Source of the DNA: Porpidia crustulata
Taxonomy: Eukaryota
Length of the DNA stretch: 40,768 bases
Assembly (NCBI GenBank): GCA_964255105.1
Contig: CAXUWE010000004.1
Coordinates: 1 to 40,768 of the forward strand
Reading direction: 5' to 3'
Shown here: in pieces, positions 22,146-32,185 of the stretch
Numbering within the stretch: position 1 is the stretch's first letter
Layout: every line of letters begins with the position of its first letter
Translations under genes and position numbers: made by a program
Notes under the pieces: generated by a model
The model's database searches: none
Told to the model about the DNA's origin: nothing
Seen by the model: the letters and a program-made list of their open reading frames with translations, nothing else

Positions 22146-23456
22146 ATGGTCCTTGCATATTTCGCATCGAACTTCCGACCGTCGCACCGCTCACATGATG
22201 GTCAATCTACCAAAAGACGAAGAATAGATAGCAGCATTTCAGACGATAACTCCAATGACTCACGCAATAAGGCTCACTTAAGTTTCCCGAAGCTAGGCCC
22301 TTCGGCCATTGAGCCCCTCGCATCTAGATCTTCATCAGCATCATTTCTGGCGACGGTGAGACAGGAGTCAGAGGCTCAGTACCAGAGAACAGGACAGAAT
22401 TTCCGTACGAGCTCACCCGGCCTTAGCTTTCCCAATGCTCCACCTTACAAGACCACAAAATCGGCTGCTTCGGTGGGTACTCAGTGCGTCATTGAAGACG
22501 AGCTACCAATGATGAAGCCACCTTTGATCCGAAGTAAAGTAGCTGCTTTGAGGGACCTCCCCATCAAAAGTACTGCGAGCTGGTATGGTTTACGACGGAA
22601 GCATGTCGATAATATGACAGCAGTGCTACATAAATGTGTCCTGAATGGTGATTATGTTCGTGCGGGCAGGGCCTGGGGTATGCTGTTACGAATGCAGCAG
22701 AATGGGCATGGAACAGACATCAGAAGACAGGATCAGTGGGGATTAGGTGCCGAAATGCTGTTGAAGTGTGATATGTCTACAACGAAAGAGACACATGAAG
22801 GAGAGACTTTGGGGCTCACCAAAGACCTCCAAGTCAAGGAACCAATCAAGAGCCAAGTAGTATGGTATAGCCGAGATGGGTTTGAGAGTGCAAAAAAATT
22901 TTACGAGCGATTGATACTTCAGTACCCACATCGGAAGGCTTTTCCCACCGCCAAAAGTGCACTCGAATTCTACCCTGCCATGTTTGGATTGTGGCTATAT
23001 GCTATACAGGAACACATCATTGCGGTGGATAGCGACACACGAATTGCAAGATACTCTGTTATGGATGGCTGGACAGAGAGCGGAATACTATTAGCAGATT
23101 CACGCGAAACCACATTGCAGGGTGCAAACGAGATCGCTTCCCGTCTCGATGAGCTGATGGTATCCCCGCCATATTCAGATGATTACAGGCTATGGCGTCT
23201 CCGCGGCATGGTGGCTCTGTGGATCGCAGACCTCTGGAACATTCCATCGCCTTCACAAATCGACGAGAGGTTCAACGACGAGATCACTGCATCACTGACA
23301 GGCCCGAGAACGATAGAGACCCGAAGCGGGCATCCAGGGGACTCACCCAATCGTGGACATCGCATGGTCAAGCGTCAAGCTGCTATGGTCAAGGCAGAGC
23401 AGGCGTTTGCAAAGGCGAAAGAAAGGGACTTGAACATTGGAGGAGCTACGATATAG
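22146..23456 (+). CDS. RNA polymerase I core-factor subunit Rrn11-like protein
   Basis: Single ORF from ATG 22146. The block HVDNMTAVLHKCVLNGDYVRAGRAWGMLLR..DIR....WGLGAEMLL, plus FYERLILQYP and PPYSD, resembles fungal Rrn11-family proteins as I recall them; not verified by search. Confidence 0.6.
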   Translation: MVLAYFASNFRPSHRSHDGQSTKRRRIDSSISDDNSNDSRNKAHLSFPKLGPSAIEPLASRSSSASFLATVRQESEAQYQRTGQNFRTSSPGLSFPNAPPYKTTKSAASVGTQCVIEDELPMMKPPLIRSKVAALRDLPIKSTASWYGLRRKHVDNMTAVLHKCVLNGDYVRAGRAWGMLLRMQQNGHGTDIRRQDQWGLGAEMLLKCDMSTTKETHEGETLGLTKDLQVKEPIKSQVVWYSRDGFESAKKFYERLILQYPHRKAFPTAKSALEFYPAMFGLWLYAIQEHIIAVDSDTRIARYSVMDGWTESGILLADSRETTLQGANEIASRLDELMVSPPYSDDYRLWRLRGMVALWIADLWNIPSPSQIDERFNDEITASLTGPRTIETRSGHPGDSPNRGHRMVKRQAAMVKAEQAFAKAKERDLNIGGATI

Positions 23457-25138
23457 TAAGACGATCTTGACGTCAAGAGCATACCTTTGACAATAGACAA
23501 TGCAGGTGTGCAAACAATGTTCTCATCATCATCAACCATTAGAGAGAGCAAATTCTAGGACGATAAAACCGCTCGTTTGTATGTATATGAGACTTCTGAA
23601 GATCTCGCTACATTAAATGGCCAACAAGATACAACATCTTGCAGCGCAGTACATTGTTATGCTGGGAAGAGGTGTTCCTGAACGAACACCCTTCTAGTAC
23701 CCCAAATTTGCCTACCGCACATCTTGATCACAGTTCTCTAATTCCCCAGCCGTGTGCTTTGGTCTACAAAGGGATTCCTGGACAGAATCCCAAAGCGTCC
23801 AGTTATGGCCCCAGGAGACTTAAACCATCAGTCACTTTCAAAACGAGCCTAGAGCCCACGATAACAAAATACAGTGATGCAGGCCCGTGAGCAGTGGACT
23901 CAGGAGTCTTCCGATGGCTTTGGAAACCGCCATTGCACGAGCTCATGGGGTGACGGGGTCGATGTTATACAAATTGATGGCCGACCGCACCTCCCCGGGG
24001 CTGTTACAGATGCGGACCCCTCCTTGGAGAGCTAACTTTTGTTTCCTCAGCTTTGCCAGCCGGGCTGCTCGCGTTTCTGTTTCGTTTCCCCCTTGAAACT
24101 TCGATGCGCCAACGGATTTGCACACTGGCATACTTGCAGTCACACCGTTACACATTCGCGTCCATGCGGCTGTTGCGTCATGCATCTTAGATCACGACAT
24201 AAGCGATTAGAAATTCCACTCAACCTCTTTCATGAGTCTTGACTGGCATAATGGAAGCCCGGGAAGTAGGTAAAGTAAGTAGAAGTTTTTGGTAGGTTGG
24301 CGAGGGGCCGGCACTTGTATCTAATCCCAGATGGGAATAGCGGGAATCTTTCATAGAGATTGTTGGGCATTGCCTTGGTCAGAATTCCACGATCTTTCTA
24401 CTATATAATTCGTCGAGCTTTGACTGAGCGCTGGAAATTGTCTGAATCAGAAAGCATCCCTTTGATTCTCATTCCTGGTTTCCAGTACTGTTGCACACCA
24501 TTAAGAGCTTGCGCCAGAGTTCTCTACTGCTGTCCTTGACGGATGAACCTTGAGGACCTAAAACCTGTTACGATACCTCCGTAATGGTCGGCACACAAAA
24601 ATCCAGAGAGGTAATCGTGAAGACCAACAGCCCCCACTCTCCCCGGCAGCTCCTGCTTGCTCAAGTAAAGCAAGTAGGATTCTTCACACGCATGAGTCGT
24701 TCCTGGGGCACCTCTTGTTTGATGTGGCATGGCACCTCGGCGGCAGACCATGAAACTTCTGTAGAGTAGTGCCTTTTCCAAATTCACCTTGCGCAGGAGA
24801 TCGAGGATTCAAACCTCGATGATGAAGCCATGACATGATCCCACAAACTGGCATGGTTGAATTGAGCTTGAACGTCTATATGTTGACAGCTCCGCCCGCG
24901 ATGTGAGTAGGAGTCATCGAGTCATATTGACGGCGTGCGTCCATGCAGCTGAATCCTTATATTCTCATTATTCCTTAAGCTTTCCATATCTCTCTTAATC
25001 AACAAGTCTCTATTCAAACGATAGGCTGTGTAGCACATCACGTCCTAAGCAGTAAAATCTCGGATCGAGGGTCCATCCATCGAATTGCACGTGGGACCCT
25101 GACAGAGGCTAATTCTCATTTGTTATGCGATTGACAGG

Positions 25139-27456
25139 ATGAAAGGTAGATCTCAGCCGGGTTCAGCATCATTTGAGGACATTACCCAATCGGTTTCCCG
25201 TACCTTAAATGATGGAGATCTGTCAGTTGGGCCCACGAATCACTCTTCAGTCAACATAAGCTTCCGTTTTGAATATAGTAACGATGCTGCGATGAAAGAC
25301 GCCAGAAATTCTGCACAAGCTCGCTACCACCCGCGATCCAGAAACGGTAACGCGAAGCATCGGAGAACAAGAAGTGGTTGCTTCACATGTCGAGCCAGAA
25401 GAGTCAAGGTAGCTGCCGCCATTGCGAATCATTGCCAGGTTCACTGACCCGGCATATTTTTAGTGCGATGAAGAACGTCCTGTCTGTGACAGTGAGTGGT
25501 TCCCATGAGCACATCGATGAAAACATATATTAACATCGCATCTTCCATACAGGGTGCAGAAAAGGTTCCAGAGACTGCGAATATCCTCAGATCCTTTCAA
25601 AGAAGGCATCTAAACTTGGGCAGCACCGACTTATCAGGCGAGAAAGTGAATCTTCCTCCGGCGAGTTCGAAGATGAGGAGCTGCCTGCAGATCCAACCAC
25701 TTTGAATGAACAGTGGAGTATGAGACAGAATCAATTGCCAACCGTCAAGGGCGAAAAATCCCAGGATTTTCCTCGCAACGCAAAATCGAAGACAGCAGGC
25801 AACTCTCTCACCCAGCATCTCCAATCATCCGCAGAGCTTGATAGTCGATTGCTGGATGCGGCCGTATCTCTTTCAACCGAAGATTATAAATGCATCAGCC
25901 AATCGTTTGCTGCATCAGCAAGTCCTTTCAATCTCCAGACGTCAGCATCAACATCAACGGAAGACTCCGTGGAGGATTCACAATGGTCATGCCTGCCCCT
26001 CGATCATCAAGCTCATCTGGTGTATCATCAAAGCCATTTAACGTCCCATCACTACTTCTTCAAGCACGAAGCGAATTCCTTCATACATAAAACATTACTT
26101 GAACATGCACTTTCCTACGAGCCTCTTCGATTTGCTGTTGTTGGTTTTGCAGCGTTTCATTTGGCCCTGCAGGATGAAGATGGCAAGATTCAAGGCTTTC
26201 TAAACTACTACAATACGGCAGTAACTCTACTACGTAAGTCGCTAGCTAACAACGATAAGCACACGGACGCAACAATGATGACCATCCTACAACTCGCCAC
26301 ATTCGAGGTGCGTGGAAACGCTCCATCCTCAATTCGTGCTAATTCGTTGCAGGAATATCTTGGCGACTGGGTAAATGTACTTGGCCACCAGAAGGCCGCT
26401 TACGCAATGCTTTTAGAACTTTATGATGTAGATACAATCATGAAAAGTGAAGTTCATAGAAAGATTTTGGCTTGGTACTCAAGGTTCGACCTCTTTGCGG
26501 GACTGATGTCAGGTTACGAGACTGTACTTGGAAGGGAGTGGTTCTGTGCAAACAAGAACTACTACCAGTCGCAATCTGAACAGAACCCAAGCAGTACAGA
26601 TTGGAAGATCGAAGCCGCTGTGGCTAGTCATCGTTTGCTGGCCATGGATATGGCCTTGCTCTTCGCAAGGTTGCCGCGAGGTGAGATTTCGCTTGAGGAC
26701 TTCACCAAGGAGAATAATTTAATATCTACGCAATTCCGGACATGGAGACAAATGCTTGAACCACTCATTGCAGATAGAAGGTATCTTATAGAAACGTTTC
26801 AAACGCCACTGGAACGAGATCCCGACGACATTGTCGACCCATATAAGCCTCACGGGCTTTATAGAGGGCCGTTATGGACTGTCAACTTCATGGTGATGGA
26901 CTGGATAGCCCTCGAGGTGATGCACAAATATCAAAATGCTGTGCTGTTCAAACAGCAACCGCCTCCCGAACTGGAAAGTATGGCATTAGAATTGTGCAGG
27001 GTGTTCGAAGCTATCGAATATTGGTCTGATAGTCCTCCTGGATCTGTCCTCAAAGCACAAGCCGGCATCGCAATTGCAGCTTTATTCCTTCCCAAAGATT
27101 ACAAACACACGATGTGGTGTCGAAGGAAGATGGCGATGATAGAGAGCAAAGGGTAAGACACAACCCTCCGAGTAGAAAGATAAGACCGCTCACGTATACT
27201 ACATGCTAACATAAAACTTAGCTTCATCTTTCCGCCTAGCTTTCGCAATAAGATGGCTGAGCTGTGGGGAATCCCCGATGTCCGTTCATGGTGGCTTCCA
27301 GGAAAAAAGGGTCTTTCGCCTATCATTCGTAGCATTCGGTCTATCATCGTCAACCGAACCCCTCAAAGCCCCGATCCCCCTAGATCCGAAGATTTGCGCA
27401 ACATCAAAGCTCTTTTCGCAACCATGAGCGTTGAGAATACCCACACTAAGACGTAA
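25139..27456 (+). CDS. Zn2Cys6 transcription factor with C-terminal fungal-specific TF domain (Fungal_trans_2-like)
   Basis: Exons 25139-25408, 25464-25491, 25553-26307, 26353-27152, 27222-27456 give RRTRSGCFTCRARRVK/CDEERPVCD/RCRKGSRDCEYP, then YEPLRFAVVGFAAFH, TILQLATFE/EYLGDW and WYSRFD. A further 5' exon ending at 24902 is possible. Confidence 0.85.
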
Positions 27457-27878
27457 GATCTGATGTGATGTTCCATTACTAGATAGTGCCCAATGCCTGG
27501 CACTTCTGGATCGAATGTACCTCGCTCGAGAGATGAAAGTTGTCGGAATTCGTCCTAGCAAATGTTAAATATACCATGGACTATCCTGGCTGTCCTGATC
27601 GGCCAAACTTTTAAAGAGCAGTTGGCGATTAATCCATGGGGACTTCGATATCGTAAGGTAAGGTAACATAAATATTAATACATAATGCTAGCGTGGATAT
27701 GATTAGCCTGGGCTAGCGCAATAAAGTACCTTGTTGATCACGTCACTAGCACTCACGTATCACGTACTCTACATATGAGATAAAAGGTTCATTATGATCA
27801 CCCCAATGGATACCAAGTTATAGTTGGTAGCCATGTTGACGAAACACGACGCTCCAGGTCTTCCTGGAATAATTCACT

Positions 27879-30800
27879 ATGGCCAAGTTGCAAGCCGCGA
27901 CTGTCTCTAACCATGTTGTACGTAAGAGAAAGCGCCAAACATTGCCCCAAGCTCCGGGGGTAGTTGACGAAGAAGAAAGCCCCATCATCGCCACTGGCGC
28001 AGTTGGTACCAAGACACACGATGGAGGAAAGAAGCCTCGCCGAAATGCGAGTTCAAAAGCTGCCATGTCGGCAACGTCTCTACTACGACAAGAATCCTCC
28101 GCAATTGTTGAGACCGCAGTTGTATGGCCTGAACATTTCACTAAGCTCGCGCAAACACATCGTGCCCTTAATCTAGTGTATACTTTTTGTTGTACCCGAA
28201 AGCATTTAGCGACGACCTTCGAAAACATTAAAAAGGCAGTAGAAGGGCACACGAAAAGAGAGTTGCTTATCGGCGACGTGGCGCAGATCAAAGCTTTAGT
28301 GCCGCGAGCTGTCAATTTTGCCTACGTTGACGAGGCGGTCTTACAAGTAGCAGTCCTAGGAGAAGAAGATCGAATCAAAAACGGAAGAGTAAAAGAATTC
28401 CGGCCGCTGGATCTCTCGAAGGAGATTCACCAGGACAATGGCGCAGCCATAGTAGAGAAGAGCAAGGAATTGTTGCTGTTCGAGTTCGTCGATGGTGACT
28501 TGAAGCGGCAGGTGGCCAACGCAAGGACGGGTGAGCCCACAAAGCCATTCAGAAAGCTGCGGGAGGAAGATCTAAAGATACCCGTGTATAGTCAGAAGCA
28601 GATGATGAATCTCATAGAAAAGAGGAACAAGAAATTCACTTCTGCAATCAATACGTTCTTGAATCAATGCGCCGCTGACAGTATTGATGCGGTGACATCG
28701 ATCCGCGAGGAGGAAAATGTCTTTATACCCGTTTCATCCGACACCGGGCCAGATACACCAGCACCAGAGGGAGCGAAGCCGCCACCGACAATTCCTATTG
28801 AGCGTGAATCAATTGCGGAGATAGTCGCTGGTATTAAAACTATGGACTGGTATACTGACCAGATTGTACCTGACGGGCATCGGGTCTTCGATCCCCAGCC
28901 CCCTGTTTTTGGCGACTTGAAGTTCCAGCTGTCTCAAAACCTAGTGAACGCGCTGTACAATACCCGTGGGATCACGCAACTATATTCGCACCAAGCCGAA
29001 GCCATCAATCATCTCCATGACGGCTATAATGTTATAGTAGCTACCTCTACGAGTTCAGGGAAATCTTTGATATATCAGGTACCTATGCTTCATGAACTTG
29101 AGCTTGACCAAAATAGTCGAGGCATGTACATTTTCCCCACTAAAGCGCTGGCCCAAGATCAAAGACGGAGCATGAAGGAGTTATTGAAGTTCATGCCTGG
29201 TCTTGAGAATCTAGTCGTCGAGACGTTTGATGGGGACACCGCAATGCCTGATCGGAATCTGATACGGGACGAGGGTCGAATCATTTTCACAAACCCAGAT
29301 ATGCTACACATTACCATCCTGCCCCAAGAAGACAAATGGCGAACATTTCTACAAAACCTAAAGTTTGTTGTAGTCGACGAGCTTCACGTCTACAACGGTC
29401 TTTTCGGCTCTCACGTTGCGTTCATCATGCGAAGGTTACGGAGAATATGCGCAGCAGTGGGAAATCGCCATGTTAAATTCATTTCTTGCTCAGCGACGGT
29501 TGCAAACCCTGAGGAACACATGAGAACGATTTTTGGCGTTGATAAAATTCGGTTAACAGATTTTGACGGTTCACCCTCGGGGCGCAAGGAATTTGTGTGC
29601 TGGAATACACCATTCAAGGACCCTAAAGACCCATCTTCAGGCAGGGGGGATGCCATGGCTGAGACCGCAAGGCTATTCTGCCAGCTAATCCTGCGCGGAG
29701 TACGGGTGATTGCTTTTTGTCGAGTGCGGAAGCAATGCGAGGTTCTGATCACTGCCGTGCGTAATGAGGCTGCTAATTTGGAAAGGATTGATCTCGCTGT
29801 TCGAGTCATGGGCTACAGAGGTGGCTATGCCCCACAGGATAGGCGCAAGATCGAGAAAGAAATGTTTGAGGGAAAACTTATGGGTATAATTGCGACGAAC
29901 GCATTAGAGCTAGGTGTTGATATAGGCTCGCTTGACGCAGTGATCACTGTAGGGTTCCCCTATACCATCGCCAACCTTCGACAACAGAGTGGGCGTGCTG
30001 GACGAAGGAACAAGGATTCTATGTCTGTGTTGGTCGGAGACTGCTTTGCGACGGACCAGTACTACATGGACAACCCTCATGAGATATTTACAAAACCAAA
30101 TTGCGAGTTACAGGTTGATTTGCAAAACATGCTGGTGCTGGAAGGTCATATCCAATGTGCCGCCTTTGAGATGCCTGTCCGGCCTGATGAAGACAAGGTC
30201 TACTTTGGCAAGCAACTGCCCGAAATTGCCGAAGAGCGTATGGTCAAAGACTCTTTAGGGTTCTATCACTGTAACGAACGGTTCCGTCCTCAGCCGTCCA
30301 AGTGTGTTGCCATTCGTGATACTGAAGACGGGCATTTCGCAGTCATAGACATCACCAATGGCCGTAATACGGTCTTGGAAGAAGTCGAACCTTCGCGAGC
30401 TTTCTTCACTATCTATGAAGGCGGCATATTCCTTCATCAGGGCTATACTTATCTTGTCAAAGAATTCTCACCCGAGCGACGGATGGCCAAAGTCACACAT
30501 GTCAAAGTTGATTGGACAACACAGCAGCGTGACTACACCGATATCGACCCCATCGAAACCGAAGCCATCCGCCGCATCCCGGACTCACTTTCCCGTGCCT
30601 TTTTTGGCGCAATCAAGATCCGTGCCACTGTTTTTGGCTTTTTCAAAATTGACAAAAAGCGCCGTGTTCTCGACGCTGTGCAGGTCGACAATCCTCCCAT
30701 TGAGATATTCAGTAAAGGAATGTGGCTCGATGTTCCCAAATCCGCGCTGGATATTCTCAACAGCCGGCGCTTGAATGTAGCAGGCGCAATCCACGCCGCC

Positions 30801-31391
30801 GAACACGCAATACTCAGTCTTATGCCCCAGTTTGTGATAAGTATGCCTGGAGATGTGCGAACAGAATGCAAGAACGCTATCAAGGAATTCGCTAAGAAGG
30901 AAACTTCGCGCAAACGCCCTGCACGTCTTACCTTTTACGACGCCAAAGGTGGCGCCGGCGGCTCTGGCATCTCAACCAAAGCCTTCGAATTCGTTGACTT
31001 GCTTCTCGTGCGTGCCTGTGAGCGGGTAGGGGCTTGCCACTGCACTGATGGCTGCGTCGAGTGCGTCTGCAGCGAGGGATGCAAGGAGCAGAATGTTGTT
31101 ATGAGCAAGGCGGGGAGCGAGGTTATCCTGAAGTGTCTGCTAGGCAGGGAAAGAGATATTGATATTGATGCGTTGCCGTGGGGACCGGAGGACGAGCGGG
31201 TGCCCGCGGGGATTGAGACGGTCGTTGCGGCTGAGGAAGTGCAGCCAGCGAGGGGAAAGAGGATGAAGGTTGTGGAAGTCAAGCGCGAGGGGTCTGGGAG
31301 ACACACGATAGTTGTTGGGGATAGCGCTGGAGAAGGGATTGAAGAGGGGAGCAGAGAGGGCGTGACTATCAAGCATGAGCCTACGGATTGA
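27879..31391 (+). CDS. hrq1: ATP-dependent helicase Hrq1 (RecQ4 family; DEAD/DEAH + HELICc + DUF1998 Zn-binding domain)
   Basis: 1170-aa intronless ORF: LYSHQAEA (Q motif), TSTSSGKS, FPTKALAQDQ, TNPDMLH, VDELH, SATVANP, ATNALELGVDIG, QQSGRAGRR, HAAEHA, FYDAKGG.GG.G and CHCTDGCVEC. Confidence 0.93.
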   Translation: MAKLQAATVSNHVVRKRKRQTLPQAPGVVDEEESPIIATGAVGTKTHDGGKKPRRNASSKAAMSATSLLRQESSAIVETAVVWPEHFTKLAQTHRALNLVYTFCCTRKHLATTFENIKKAVEGHTKRELLIGDVAQIKALVPRAVNFAYVDEAVLQVAVLGEEDRIKNGRVKEFRPLDLSKEIHQDNGAAIVEKSKELLLFEFVDGDLKRQVANARTGEPTKPFRKLREEDLKIPVYSQKQMMNLIEKRNKKFTSAINTFLNQCAADSIDAVTSIREEENVFIPVSSDTGPDTPAPEGAKPPPTIPIERESIAEIVAGIKTMDWYTDQIVPDGHRVFDPQPPVFGDLKFQLSQNLVNALYNTRGITQLYSHQAEAINHLHDGYNVIVATSTSSGKSLIYQVPMLHELELDQNSRGMYIFPTKALAQDQRRSMKELLKFMPGLENLVVETFDGDTAMPDRNLIRDEGRIIFTNPDMLHITILPQEDKWRTFLQNLKFVVVDELHVYNGLFGSHVAFIMRRLRRICAAVGNRHVKFISCSATVANPEEHMRTIFGVDKIRLTDFDGSPSGRKEFVCWNTPFKDPKDPSSGRGDAMAETARLFCQLILRGVRVIAFCRVRKQCEVLITAVRNEAANLERIDLAVRVMGYRGGYAPQDRRKIEKEMFEGKLMGIIATNALELGVDIGSLDAVITVGFPYTIANLRQQSGRAGRRNKDSMSVLVGDCFATDQYYMDNPHEIFTKPNCELQVDLQNMLVLEGHIQCAAFEMPVRPDEDKVYFGKQLPEIAEERMVKDSLGFYHCNERFRPQPSKCVAIRDTEDGHFAVIDITNGRNTVLEEVEPSRAFFTIYEGGIFLHQGYTYLVKEFSPERRMAKVTHVKVDWTTQQRDYTDIDPIETEAIRRIPDSLSRAFFGAIKIRATVFGFFKIDKKRRVLDAVQVDNPPIEIFSKGMWLDVPKSALDILNSRRLNVAGAIHAAEHAILSLMPQFVISMPGDVRTECKNAIKEFAKKETSRKRPARLTFYDAKGGAGGSGISTKAFEFVDLLLVRACERVGACHCTDGCVECVCSEGCKEQNVVMSKAGSEVILKCLLGRERDIDIDALPWGPEDERVPAGIETVVAAEEVQPARGKRMKVVEVKREGSGRHTIVVGDSAGEGIEEGSREGVTIKHEPTD

Positions 31392-32185
31392 ATGGACGCT
31401 GAAAAGTGGAACTCTTTGTTCTTATGTTTAATTGTTTGGGCCTAGGTTAGCAGCCGTGTATATAGACTGTCGCCTTAAAATCTGTAGATAGTAAGCTATT
31501 CATGACGTTCGGCATGAGTGTGGTTCGTTAGCATCACAACTTCGCCGATTAGTCTTAACTCAAGTAGTAATACTAGTGTCAAACGCCATCCGTGATCCAG
31601 AATTTCAGATCATGAAGATCCAGCGCCTCAGAAGCGACGACAGACCGTTCCTGCAGAGGTCCAATTCTCCGAAGCGGGCAAAGATTCAAGGGGCCATAAC
31701 TACACGAATGCTTCCAGCAGCTGAGCTATCAAAGTGACGGACCTTGGGCAATGACTAATAAACCTCTCCAATCTAGGCTAATTGCGACGGAGAAGGTGGC
31801 GATGGACGCAAAGACACCCCGGCTCGAAAGAGGGCATACCTTTACAAGAGCGGACACTCACCGATTGAGTATTGTCACACCATGCACGAAGAGAGAAACA
31901 GGTCGATATCAATGATCAGAGAAGCCCCTACAGAGGCAAAGTACCGAGAATTGTAGGTAATACCGCCATTGAACCAGGGCCACCGTAAAACTTGACGGTC
32001 TTGCTAAAGACATTAATTTTGCCTATCTCTAGAGACCCGTGACTCAACCGCGAATGAACTTGTTTCTCCAAGACAATGATTAGATGAACGCCCTTCTGTT
32101 GACCAGTCTTCCATCTCGACTTCCGACCCCTAATTCCATATCGAGATTCATAGAGAGATAGGACGTTCGCGAGGTTGGATATTGT

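Noticed and set aside
31392..32185. About 800-bp gap between the convergent hrq1 and RanBD genes
   Set aside because: Only short ORFs, with no repeats or recognisable RNA gene motifs.
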